DNA of 64,000 nucleotides from an uncultured Pseudomonadota bacterium (GCA_963736005.1 CAVTNB010000003.1:32001-96000), one strand, 5' to 3'; numbered from the stretch's first letter, positions 40,869 through 50,205 are shown. Program-made: numbers and translations. The notes: generated by a model not told the origin, from the letters alone.

Positions 40869-41983
40869 CAGTTTGCGGGAACCCCGGGGCCAGGTACGGC
40901 GACCGACTCTCCGTTGTGCGCCGAGGATACGTCAAAGGACAATCGGCTCGCCCGGTCGAGGACGAGCTCGAGACTGTTCGAGAGCAGCGCGTTCTTGATC
41001 TCGCGTGCGATGCGCCGCCCGGTTGACATCGGTTCGTCATAGTTGAGATACGAATAGGGAGAGCCGTCAATGAAAAGGTTGGTGCCCGCAACGATGCGCG
41101 CGGAGATCTCCATAAGGAAGAATTCGGACTCCGACGTCACGATGGTCTCCAGGCAAAACGCGCCAAACAAACCGCGATCTGGACAGATCTCACGGCTCAC
41201 GCGCACGACGGCCTCGCCCATGTCGAATGCTTCCGCGAGGAGCGACTCCCGCAAGCTAATGGGTTGGTTGCCGATGACGACATAGGATGGCGAGATATCC
41301 CAGCCTTCCTGATCCGCGAGCGGAATGCGCCCCAGTGAATCTACGTTGCTTTCGTAACGGCGATCCATCGACATGATTTCGAGTTTGCCGGTCAGCGGCG
41401 AATAAAAGTAATGAATGTAGACGGGAACGCCGAGCACGTATTCTTGCATGATGTAGCGCTGCTCGACCAGGTGGGAGGCGCGCGCCGTAAAGTCCTCGGG
41501 GTTTTTGACAAAAAGATATCCCTTGCCGCCGTGCGCCCCATACAGTTTGACGATAACTGGGCGGTCGATCTCGCTCGCTTTCGTAAACTGCCGCGGCATC
41601 TTGAGGCCCGCCTTGGTGAGCCATTGGCGTTGGCGCATGCGATCGGCTTCCCAATCAAGCACCGCCTTGTTGCCGAAGTAGGGTGTCGTCATCCGCTTGT
41701 GCTCTTCCATTGAGAGATACGCCACGAAAGAGCCATGGGGGACGAGAATGACTTTGCGGCGATTGAGTTCTTGCTCGAGCTTGGGAAAATCGCCGTACCG
41801 GGGAATCACGATAACCTCGTCAACGAACGCGAAGCTTGAATACAACCGTTCGTTGAGTGGCGTCACCACGGCAAGCGTATGAAAGCCTTCGTCCTTGGCG
41901 CCCTTGAGGATTTGCAGCGCCGAGTGGCTGCCCAAGGTGGCGACAGTGAAGAGCGACGGCGGGTGCGTCGACTTGCGCTTCAT
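40868..41983 (-). CDS. purP: Formate--AICAR ligase (FAICAR synthetase), archaeal type
   Basis: ATLGSHSALQILKGAKDEGF, VPHGSFVAY, HYFYSPL, DRRYESN, LRESLL, EISARIVAGTN, MSTGRRIAREIK. ATG at 41983. Confidence 0.9.
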   Translation of the reverse strand: MKRKSTHPPSLFTVATLGSHSALQILKGAKDEGFHTLAVVTPLNERLYSSFAFVDEVIVIPRYGDFPKLEQELNRRKVILVPHGSFVAYLSMEEHKRMTTPYFGNKAVLDWEADRMRQRQWLTKAGLKMPRQFTKASEIDRPVIVKLYGAHGGKGYLFVKNPEDFTARASHLVEQRYIMQEYVLGVPVYIHYFYSPLTGKLEIMSMDRRYESNVDSLGRIPLADQEGWDISPSYVVIGNQPISLRESLLAEAFDMGEAVVRVSREICPDRGLFGAFCLETIVTSESEFFLMEISARIVAGTNLFIDGSPYSYLNYDEPMSTGRRIAREIKNALLSNSLELVLDRASRLSFDVSSAHNGESVAVPGPGVPAN

Positions 41984-42507
41984 TTTCCGCTCTTCGCCGC
42001 GGACGCCGCCGGTTCCCCGACTTGCAGGCTGACGGGGCGGCGGCGAATCTGGAAGCGCTGGGAGACTGGGTTGCACAGCAGCGCTGCACATGCCCATTCG
42101 AGCCGGTCGCGAGCGGCGGAGCCCTTTGCCTCGTAGAGTCTCCAGCCGATGGCTCGCTCTAGCCCGAGCAGCGCAGTCATCCCAAAGGTCGTCACCAAGA
42201 GGTCCTGGAGCGGCCGGTTGTTCTCGTCCCTGTCGCGCACGAGTGCTTCGAACTGCGCGGGCTCGACGTCAGGCGCGTTCTCTGCGGCGTAACTCAGGCG
42301 ATGTTTGTTGGGGTTAAAGATGACTTCGGCATGCGACAGCTCGCTCGCGACCTCATCCGCGCGGGTACCATCCAAAACCTTAAGCAAAATGTGCTCCGAG
42401 CGCTCGACGTTCGTGAGTTCGGTGTAACCCAAGTGGTGAAGAGAGGTCAGCACGGTGAAGGCCGTGTTGTCGGGGATGATAGAGTCGATGGCAACGTCTA
42501 TTCTCAT
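41980..42507 (-). CDS. purS: Tandem two-domain PurS-like protein
   Basis: Two modules of about 80 aa ending in IFNPNKH and CAALLCNPVSQRF (canonical PurS ends C..LLANPV.E.Y). The first module has D....TV...L..LGY..L..V.R. It lies in the purL/purQ cluster, which has no other purS. Confidence 0.6.
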   Translation of the reverse strand: MRIDVAIDSIIPDNTAFTVLTSLHHLGYTELTNVERSEHILLKVLDGTRADEVASELSHAEVIFNPNKHRLSYAAENAPDVEPAQFEALVRDRDENNRPLQDLLVTTFGMTALLGLERAIGWRLYEAKGSAARDRLEWACAALLCNPVSQRFQIRRRPVSLQVGEPAASAAKSGK

Positions 42508-44021
42508 ATCGCTTCCACATAATCCGCCGGTGCCGTTTTATCAGCACCGCGCGGCACTCTCATGCCATCCAAGAAGAGCGTCAGCCCGATCGTCACCACC
42601 AGGTTCGCGATAAATCCATAGAGCGCCGCAAACCCCGGAACAACCAACGAGCCGAGATGCAACGGGTAGATGGAATGGAAACCATTCGATGCCGGCATGT
42701 AGGTCGCGATCGCCATGCCAACCAGCCATCCGCACAGCAGCGCTCGGCGATGGAACCAACGCGTATACATGCCAAAGATGAGTGTGGGAAACGTCTGGAG
42801 GATCCAGCCTCCCGCAAAAAGCTGAAAGTTGATTGCGTATTCGGTGGGCAGGCCGAGCACAAAGATGAGCGCGCCCAATTTCATCACAAGCGAGACAACT
42901 TTGGCATTGGTTGACTGCTGGCGATCGGTGCAGTTCGGGTTGATATATTCGCGATAAATATTGCGGGTGAAGAGGTTTGCCGAGGCAATCGACATGATTG
43001 CCGCCGGCACGAGCGCGCCGATTGCAATGGCTGCAAATCCAAAACCGGCGAACCACGGCGGAAACATTTTCAGGAACAGCTGCGGCACCGCTTCATTGGT
43101 CGTCTCGGGATTGATGCCCGCCGCAATTGCCATGTAACCAAACGTGGCCAGCACTGCCAGTAACAGGCTGTACATGGGCAACGCAATCATGTTGCGCCTG
43201 ATGACCCTCGGTCCAGAGGCGCTTAACACGCCGGTGATGTTGTGCGGGTACATGAAAATCGCTAATGCCGAACCGAGGGCCAGCGTGATGTAGGCGCTGT
43301 ATTCCGAAGGCGGCAAGAGCAGGCCAGTTGGTTTGGGTCTGACGGCCATCGCAGCGCCCGCCGCAGCGAAGATGTGCCCATAGCCTCCAAGCTTCGCTGG
43401 AATAATGATCGCAGCGGCGATGACCGTGATGTAGATGAGGGTGTCCTTTGCGATCGCCACGAGCGCCGGTGCGCGCAAGCCACCGCGGTATGTATACACC
43501 GCGAGGATGACAAAGGCGATGACGATCGGCACATCGCGCAAGATCCCAGTGCCTCCCAAACCCATCGCCTTGATGACGACCTGGATGCCCACGAGCTGGA
43601 GCGCAATGTACGGCATGGTGGCGGCAATGCCCGTGACCGCCACCGCCAGCGACAGGCTGCGGCTGTCATAGCGCTCGCGGGCGAAGTCTGCATAGGTGAT
43701 GTAGCCCCGATTCTTTGCGATGGTCCAAAAGCGCGGCGCAAAGATAAAAACCAGCGGGAAGGCGATCGCCGTGTACGGCAAAGCGTAGAACGCAAGCGCT
43801 CCCGTGCCATAAACGAAACCGGGCACCGCGATGAACGTGTAGGCGGTGTACAGATCGCCGCCGATGAGAAACCAGGAAATGAGCGTGCCGAACTGGCGCC
43901 CTCCAAGCGCCCATTCATGCAACAGATCCAAATTGCCGCGGCGCCAGTACTGACCGAGGAATCCCAAGACCGTGACGAGCCCGAACAACACAACGAAGAC
44001 GACAACTGCCGGCCAGATCAT
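42504..44021 (-). CDS. mctP: Sodium:solute symporter, monocarboxylate uptake permease MctP type
   Basis: LHEWALGGRQFG..ISWFLIGGDLYTAYTFIAVPG, ATMPYIALQLVG, GALVPAAIMSI, ANLFTRNIY. ATG at 44021. Confidence 0.85.
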   Translation of the reverse strand: MIWPAVVVFVVLFGLVTVLGFLGQYWRRGNLDLLHEWALGGRQFGTLISWFLIGGDLYTAYTFIAVPGFVYGTGALAFYALPYTAIAFPLVFIFAPRFWTIAKNRGYITYADFARERYDSRSLSLAVAVTGIAATMPYIALQLVGIQVVIKAMGLGGTGILRDVPIVIAFVILAVYTYRGGLRAPALVAIAKDTLIYITVIAAAIIIPAKLGGYGHIFAAAGAAMAVRPKPTGLLLPPSEYSAYITLALGSALAIFMYPHNITGVLSASGPRVIRRNMIALPMYSLLLAVLATFGYMAIAAGINPETTNEAVPQLFLKMFPPWFAGFGFAAIAIGALVPAAIMSIASANLFTRNIYREYINPNCTDRQQSTNAKVVSLVMKLGALIFVLGLPTEYAINFQLFAGGWILQTFPTLIFGMYTRWFHRRALLCGWLVGMAIATYMPASNGFHSIYPLHLGSLVVPGFAALYGFIANLVVTIGLTLFLDGMRVPRGADKTAPADYVEAI

Positions 44022-44233
44022 TCGCGCCCCGCGTCGTGCGCCAGAATATACACCGCCCAAATGATCAACGCCGTGGCCGCAATCCAGACGAACTGATACC
44101 AATAAAAAAACGGTACGCCGGCTATGGATGGCTCCATCGAATTGTACGAGGGGGCCCACAGCATGACTATATAGGGAACGACGAGCAACCAATACCAGCG
44201 TCGCCTAGCGGCGCCCGATTGTCGCTGCTGCAT
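44018..44233 (-). CDS. DUF3311 small membrane partner of the symporter
   Basis: WLLVVP..MLW.P.YN..EP.IAGVPFFYWYQ..W motif; overlaps the symporter start. Confidence 0.88.
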   Translation of the reverse strand: MQQRQSGAARRRWYWLLVVPYIVMLWAPSYNSMEPSIAGVPFFYWYQFVWIAATALIIWAVYILAHDAGRE

Positions 44234-44282
44234 ATCCGGCCGGTTAGTCGCGGCGCAAAAGAATCCTGGCCAGATGCGCGGC

Positions 44283-44306
44283 GGCGATTTTCCAATCGCC
44301 CCTACA
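44283..44306 (-). repeat. REP family B overlapping the purQ stop codon
   Basis: ggcgattttccaatcgcccctaca. Confidence 0.8.
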
Positions 44307-45036
44307 TGTTCAAGGCGCGGGCCATGCTTTGAAAGATCAGGTCTGACGTTGAGGTCTTCATCGGGTCGAGCCCACGCAGCGTTGGATCGTCAAAAGCGAG
44401 ATTAAAGTTCCAGGCGACACGTTCGGGATGTGGCATGATCGCAAGGACGTTGCCCGCGGCATTGCAGATGCCAGCTGCTCCGTGCATGGCGCTGTTGGGC
44501 GCCGAACCAACGTAACGAAAAGTGATGCGTTGATCTCGTTCGAGCGCGTCGAAAAGCGCAGGCTCGCCCGTGAAACGACCCTCACCATGTGCCATCGCCA
44601 TCTTCATCCTGATGCCTTTGGGAAGGGCCGCCGTGAGCGCGCAGCGCTCTGGCACCGCGGCAAGCTCGACGTCAAGAATGCGACATTGGAAATGGCCGGA
44701 GGGGAGATTTCGAGCGATCGCGATCGGCCCGAGAAGGCCTGCTTCGGCAAGCACCTGTGCTCCGTTGCAAAGACCCAAGACTACCTTACCGCGGGTTGCT
44801 TCTTCCGCGACGACCGTGACGCTCGGCGATTTCGCTGCAATCGCCCCGGCGCGCACTCGATCTTCGAAAGCGAATCCGCCGGGCAGCACATACCCCGCAA
44901 AGTCCCGCAAATTGCCGGGCGGCTCACTCCAAAGAACGGCGCGAGCGTCGAGTCCCGCAGCCGTGCAAGCATCGACCGTCTCCTCTTCTGAATTGGTGCC
45001 GGGAAAAACCAGCACGGCGATTCGTGGGGCCTTCAC
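44302..45036 (-). CDS. purQ: FGAM synthase subunit PurQ
   Basis: FPGTN, LPGGFAFED, LGLCNGAQ, AHGEG, MPHPER. Confidence 0.95.
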   Translation of the reverse strand: MKAPRIAVLVFPGTNSEEETVDACTAAGLDARAVLWSEPPGNLRDFAGYVLPGGFAFEDRVRAGAIAAKSPSVTVVAEEATRGKVVLGLCNGAQVLAEAGLLGPIAIARNLPSGHFQCRILDVELAAVPERCALTAALPKGIRMKMAMAHGEGRFTGEPALFDALERDQRITFRYVGSAPNSAMHGAAGICNAAGNVLAIMPHPERVAWNFNLAFDDPTLRGLDPMKTSTSDLIFQSMARALNM

Positions 45037-47390
45037 GCGAACAAATCCCGGAGCGGACGCATCCAGCTTTCGGAAAGATCGGCGAGACCGACGCTACACA
45101 GACCCTCGATCGTCAGACTCGTGCCACCCGTGTGTCCGAGCCGGATCGGCGCAGCACCCGAGCCCCGAGCGAGATCCTCGAATCGATCGACCTCCTTGGG
45201 GTCTATCGTAACGACGAAGCCGCCCGATTCGCCGAAGAGCGCCGACGATGCTGGAATGTTCGGGGCCCACTGCTCCAGAGGAAGCAGCGAGGCGCCGATG
45301 CTTCCATTCCCTTCGCCTCCCAAGCACATCTCTGCGACGCACGCGAGCACGCCGCCATCTGAAATGTCGTGCGCTGCGGTGATGCTGCCAATGTGAATGC
45401 CCTTGAGAACGGTGGCGATGTCTGCATTGACTTCGTCGTAGTCGATTGCAGGCAGCGGCCCAGCGTCGCGCAGGTGCAGCACATCGGCTAAGACCGAACC
45501 GCCCAGCCCCGTGTCGCGTGCGCCGAGCAGATACAGATGCTGGTTCGGGAACATGATGTTCATCGTCACGATTTTGCCGACATTCTCGATGCGACCAATG
45601 CAGGCCACGATTGCCGATGGCACGATCGCAGTGCCTGACGCAGAATAGTTGTAAAGGCTGACGTTGCCGCTGATGAAAGGTAATCCATCCGCTGACGCTA
45701 CGGTGATCGCACGTGCCGCTTCTGCCAACCCCAAGACGCCGTCTGCAAGCTCGCGATAGGCAACCGGATCTTCCGGATTGCCGTAGTTGAGGCAATCGGT
45801 CAGGCCGATGGGCAAAGCGCCCACGGCAGCGACGTTGCGAGCCGATTCGACGACCGCGTGCGCTGCCGCCATTTTGGCGGAAATTGCTCCAAAGCGTGCG
45901 TTGCCGTCGACCGAAATTGCAATGGCCAGGGGAGAGCCGCGACGAACGACCAGCACGCCCGCATCCGCATACCCAGGGGGAAGAGCCGTCGCTCCTCGCA
46001 CGACCGAATCGTAGTGCTCGACGAGCGGCCGCCGGCTGCATACGTCTTGGTGAGACAAAACGCGAAGCAGGGTACCGGCAACATCTGAGAGCGGCGGCGG
46101 TGCAACCTGTGCGATCTCCGGCGGCGAAGGCGCAAGCGTCCAGCTAGCCCTGACCGGCTGCGTGAGAACGTCGATTGGCAAGGCACAGATTGAACGGCCG
46201 GCTGCGGTCAGAACGTACCAGGGCTCGCGGGTTACCGTTCCGATGACCGCCGCCCTCGCGTTGGCTGAAACTTCCGGAAGCGTATATCGCTCGTTGTACA
46301 GAGCGAGCAACTCCGTTGTGAACGAAGGCGGTACCGCCCACAACATGCGCTCCTGCGTCTCGGCCATTGCGACCACGAAGGGTGAAAGGCCGGCAAGCGC
46401 TACCGGAATTTTCTCGATGTCAATGCGCGCACCAAAACCGCCGGCGCTACACATCTCCGACGAACTTCCCATGATGCCGCCGGCGCCCAAGTCTTTAAAC
46501 CCCGCCTTGATCCCGCGTTTTGCAATGAGTTCAAACGCGGCATAACTTGCTCGCATGATCACATTCTTGAGAAACGGATCGGGAACTTGGACAGCACTTT
46601 TGTTCGCTTCTGCTTCTTGCGCATCCAGTATCAGCGAAGCGAAAGCGGCGCCCCCAAAGCCGGAGCCGTCGGTCGCCTTCCCAACCAGCACGAGGTCGTA
46701 GCCCTCGCCACAGGAGGGGACTCGGCTGTGAATGATCCGGTCGCGTTCGACGAAGCCAAGCGCGACAACGTTGACCAAGCAATTGTGACTAAAGGACGGG
46801 TGAAAGTACACGTCGCCTGCCAAGTTGGGAACCCCGACGGCATTCCCATAGGCCGCGATGCCATCCACCACACCGGTTGCAACGTAGGCTTGGTGTGAGC
46901 CAGCAACGGGTGGTCCAAAGCGTAATGGGTCAGCGCTTGCGACAACTTTCGCCCCCATGCAGAGCACGTCGCGCAAAACGCCTCCAATCCCGGTTGCTGC
47001 GCCTTCAAAGGGCACGACTTGCGACGGATGGTTATGACTTTCGTGTGCGACGACCACGCCGTATTCCGTGCCGTCAACAATTCCCACGCGCAAAATGCCC
47101 GCGTCTTCCCCAACCGGCACGAGCACATCAACGCCTTGGGTCGGTAATTGGGCCAACAGCGCGCGACTGCTTTTGTACGAGCAATGCTCGCTCCACTGAA
47201 TGGCAAAGGCGTGAGCCTCGGTGCGCGTTGGATTGCGCCCCAATCGCTCTCGAATCGCGCGCAATTCCTGGGGGGTGAGCGCAAGCGCCTCGCGGTCTGC
47301 GAGGCGCTTCAGTTCATCGTCGCTGCTCTCGTCAAGCGGCAGCGGTTGTGCCGCAAGCTCTATCAGGTCTGCCGTGGCAGCAAAGCCCAT
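45033..47390 (-). CDS. purL: FGAM synthase subunit PurL (small type)
   Basis: WSEHCSYKSS, ESHNHPS, GAATGIGG, DLGAGG, ETQERM, DCLNYGNP, SGNVSLYN, HDISDGG. Confidence 0.96.
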   Translation of the reverse strand: MGFAATADLIELAAQPLPLDESSDDELKRLADREALALTPQELRAIRERLGRNPTRTEAHAFAIQWSEHCSYKSSRALLAQLPTQGVDVLVPVGEDAGILRVGIVDGTEYGVVVAHESHNHPSQVVPFEGAATGIGGVLRDVLCMGAKVVASADPLRFGPPVAGSHQAYVATGVVDGIAAYGNAVGVPNLAGDVYFHPSFSHNCLVNVVALGFVERDRIIHSRVPSCGEGYDLVLVGKATDGSGFGGAAFASLILDAQEAEANKSAVQVPDPFLKNVIMRASYAAFELIAKRGIKAGFKDLGAGGIMGSSSEMCSAGGFGARIDIEKIPVALAGLSPFVVAMAETQERMLWAVPPSFTTELLALYNERYTLPEVSANARAAVIGTVTREPWYVLTAAGRSICALPIDVLTQPVRASWTLAPSPPEIAQVAPPPLSDVAGTLLRVLSHQDVCSRRPLVEHYDSVVRGATALPPGYADAGVLVVRRGSPLAIAISVDGNARFGAISAKMAAAHAVVESARNVAAVGALPIGLTDCLNYGNPEDPVAYRELADGVLGLAEAARAITVASADGLPFISGNVSLYNYSASGTAIVPSAIVACIGRIENVGKIVTMNIMFPNQHLYLLGARDTGLGGSVLADVLHLRDAGPLPAIDYDEVNADIATVLKGIHIGSITAAHDISDGGVLACVAEMCLGGEGNGSIGASLLPLEQWAPNIPASSALFGESGGFVVTIDPKEVDRFEDLARGSGAAPIRLGHTGGTSLTIEGLCSVGLADLSESWMRPLRDLFA

Positions 47391-48664
47391 CAGGTCCCCG
47401 CTTTACCACTCCCTGCGGGGGCGTTGAGCTGCGCGTCGGACTCGGTGACGTGCATGCGGTTGCGATACTGCGCAACGACGACTCGACCGTAGAGCACCGA
47501 ATCATCGGAGGCGAGAATTTTCGCAGCGGCAAGTGCAGCGTTTTCGGGCTCGAGGACGACCATGCTTGCGACCCCGCCCGGAAGAGCGAGACTGGAGACC
47601 ACTTCCATGCCGCCCCAGGTCGAACCAAGCACGGGGCAGGCGATGACCGGATTCGCCGTCGCGGCATCGACAAAGGCTGAGAGGGCGTTGCTTCTCCCGG
47701 CGATCGTTATGTAAACCGCCCGGCCGAGCATGTTGTCGATTTGCTGAACTTTTTGCAGCGCGTACAGAGGGGTCTTGTGGGCCGAGGCGACGTGACGGCG
47801 CGCTGGGACTCCCAAATTCTCGAGCGCTTTTGCAATCTTGTCTGCGTGCGCCGCATCCGAAGTCGAACCCATGATGATGCCAACGAAGCCACCGCCCCGC
47901 TTGGAGAATTGTCCGACACGCTCTGCAACTTCTTCGTACTTGGATTTTACGCTGTCGAGATCAGACGCACTCGGGACTGCGATGTTGCGATAGATTTGCT
48001 TGTCGAGCATCAGCGCTTGCTCGCCGGCGGGCCAAATTCGCCACGAGTCGTTGTCGATGACGTCCGCGAGGATAATCTCTGTGCCACCGTCTGCGGTCTT
48101 TGCGCGCCCGAATTCGACTTTGAGGTCGACGAGGAGCACGTTCTGTTGGCGCCAAGCATGTGCGAGGATGTCGAAGATCAGCCGCGCGTAGTCGGACATG
48201 ATGGCGACCTCGGCTTGGGTTGCGATCTTCTCTTCGACGATTTGCTCTGCCGTATACTGAGGATCGTGACGCGAGTCGTCTTTGAAGAAATACTCGACCA
48301 GGCGAGGCGCAAACACCGTGCCCGATTTGACGCCCGGGTTGCGCTTGAGATAGGAGCCTGCTGCGATGCCTCGCACGACGACTTCGATCGGAATCATCTC
48401 GCAGCGGCGCACGATCATCTCGTTTGCGTCTTCATCTTCACCGCCGCTGATGAAGTGCGTCGGCAACCCAGCCGCGTTGAGCAAGCGATAGACGCGGCTC
48501 GCCGTGAGCGCTGCGAGCCGGCCTTTGCCCGCAATGGTATGGCGTTTTGCCCCGTCGCCGGCCGTAATGTTGTCCTGCTGGACCACCACAAGTGCGTCCA
48601 TCTGATCGGGATGTTGGTAGAGTACCTTGGTCTTGCCGCGACCGACCTCAGCGCCTTTGTTCAC
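47390..48664 (-). CDS. purC: Bifunctional SAICAR synthetase / class II AIR carboxylase (PAICS-like PurC-PurE fusion)
   Basis: PurC: GKTK, ITAGDG, CEMIPIE, GSYLKRNPGV, FFKDD, DLKVEFG, ADVIDNDSWRIWP, DKQ. PurE: IMGSTSD, SAHK, AGRSNAL, PVIACP. Confidence 0.92.
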   Translation of the reverse strand: MNKGAEVGRGKTKVLYQHPDQMDALVVVQQDNITAGDGAKRHTIAGKGRLAALTASRVYRLLNAAGLPTHFISGGEDEDANEMIVRRCEMIPIEVVVRGIAAGSYLKRNPGVKSGTVFAPRLVEYFFKDDSRHDPQYTAEQIVEEKIATQAEVAIMSDYARLIFDILAHAWRQQNVLLVDLKVEFGRAKTADGGTEIILADVIDNDSWRIWPAGEQALMLDKQIYRNIAVPSASDLDSVKSKYEEVAERVGQFSKRGGGFVGIIMGSTSDAAHADKIAKALENLGVPARRHVASAHKTPLYALQKVQQIDNMLGRAVYITIAGRSNALSAFVDAATANPVIACPVLGSTWGGMEVVSSLALPGGVASMVVLEPENAALAAAKILASDDSVLYGRVVVAQYRNRMHVTESDAQLNAPAGSGKAGT

Positions 48665-48698
48665 GGATCCTCCCTCTTGCGTGTGTCGTTGTTCGAAT

Positions 48699-48724
48699 GT
48701 AGTCGCGCGAATTTATTCGCGCGC
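48699..48724 (+). repeat. REP family C overlapping the purB 3' end
   Basis: GTAGTCGCGCGAATTTATTCGCGCGC; the purB TAA stop lies in the palindrome loop. Confidence 0.85.
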
Positions 48725-50149
48725 CCGAAGTTCAATATCCAAAACTTTTTGCGCCGCCTTTGCCTCGGCAAGGGTTCGCAGTGATGCCGCCAGTTTTCGA
48801 GCTCGCTGCGCCGCAAGCCCCGTGTGTTTTTCAACTTTCATCGCCTGCTGGAGTTCGCCCGGCTTCACGTATGTGGCGATGTAATCGTCCTGCTCAAGCA
48901 GGCCGGCAAGCGGATTGCGCTCGTCTTTCTCGACGGCCTCCCACGCGCGCATCGAGAGTTCTCGCAGCCGTTCGTGCAGCTCTTGCCGGTTCGCGCCGCG
49001 CTTCGCGGCCATCATCAAAACGGCTTCGGTACACGCAAAAGGCCCAAACCGTGCCAGGTTTCTGGCAATACCGGCCTTATCCACTCGCAGGCCGCTGATT
49101 ACCTTGTGCACGAGCGCCGTTATTTCATCTGCCGCCAAGAATGACTCGGGAATGATGGTGCGACGATTGGCGGAGTCGTCAAGCGTCCGTTCGAGGAGAT
49201 TGTCTGCCGCATTCTGCCAGGCAATCTGTGCATTCGCGGCGGGAATACGCGCCAGCGAGTTGATGCGCTCGCACAACATTGGGTTTCGCTTGAACGGCAT
49301 GGCCGACGAGCCGACTTGCTTGCGACCGAAGGGCTCGCCGAGCTCGCCGAATGGACTCGAGGCAAGCACCCGAAGATCGAAGGCGAATTTGGAACACGAT
49401 GCTGCAAAACCGGCGATGGCGCTCAGAACCATATAGTCGAGTTTGCGCGGATAGGTCTGGCCGCTGACGGCCAGGGCCGCGAGGTCGAACGCGGCAAGCA
49501 CGTCTCGCTCGAGATCGTCGGGCGAGGACTTTGCTTCCTTTAGGAGTGCGCTGTAAGAGGCGGACGTCCCCACAGCTCCCCGGAGGCCTTTGCTCGGCAG
49601 CCATGCCGCGATACGGCTTAGCTCCTGGTAGTCGATGAGCATGTCTTGCGCCCAGAGCGCAAGACGCATCCCGAGCGTCGTCGGCTCGGCCGCTTGGAGA
49701 TGGGTGTATCCCATACATGGCAGGTCTGCATACTCGTCAATCTTATCCGCGAAGATTTTGAGCGCATCGGCGATGCCGCTGACGAGCATGGAGAGCGCGA
49801 CTTTGATGCGGGCCGTTTCCACGTTATCTTCCACATCCATGGAGGTCGCGCCCAGGTGAAGCTTGCCACCGCCTATCTTAGCCTGCGATGCAAAGACCCG
49901 AAGTTCTGCCATGAGATCGTGGCCGATTTCGGCCTCGATGGTGTGCGCAGCCTTAATATCCACCGCGTCGACGTAGCGGCGCAGGTCCGCAACCTCTTCT
50001 TCGCTGACGAGACCCGCTTTGGATTGTGCCTGCGCGAGCGCCAGCCAAAGGCGCCGCCACATGCGGCGTTTGGTTTCTTCGGAAAACAGCGCCCGCATGG
50101 CTGGGCGGCCGTAGCGCCATGAAAATGGAGATTGGTAAGACTCGGTCAC
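48713..50149 (-). CDS. purB: Adenylosuccinate lyase
   Basis: YQSPFSWRY, LHLGATS, GYTHLQ, GSSAMPFKRNP, LERTLDDSANRR. Confidence 0.96.
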   Translation of the reverse strand: MTESYQSPFSWRYGRPAMRALFSEETKRRMWRRLWLALAQAQSKAGLVSEEEVADLRRYVDAVDIKAAHTIEAEIGHDLMAELRVFASQAKIGGGKLHLGATSMDVEDNVETARIKVALSMLVSGIADALKIFADKIDEYADLPCMGYTHLQAAEPTTLGMRLALWAQDMLIDYQELSRIAAWLPSKGLRGAVGTSASYSALLKEAKSSPDDLERDVLAAFDLAALAVSGQTYPRKLDYMVLSAIAGFAASCSKFAFDLRVLASSPFGELGEPFGRKQVGSSAMPFKRNPMLCERINSLARIPAANAQIAWQNAADNLLERTLDDSANRRTIIPESFLAADEITALVHKVISGLRVDKAGIARNLARFGPFACTEAVLMMAAKRGANRQELHERLRELSMRAWEAVEKDERNPLAGLLEQDDYIATYVKPGELQQAMKVEKHTGLAAQRARKLAASLRTLAEAKAAQKVLDIELRARE

Positions 50150-50205
50150 GTAGTTCGTATTTTGGTCCGGTGTCGCGGCGCACCTTTCGGTGCTCTTGCT
50201 TGCAG

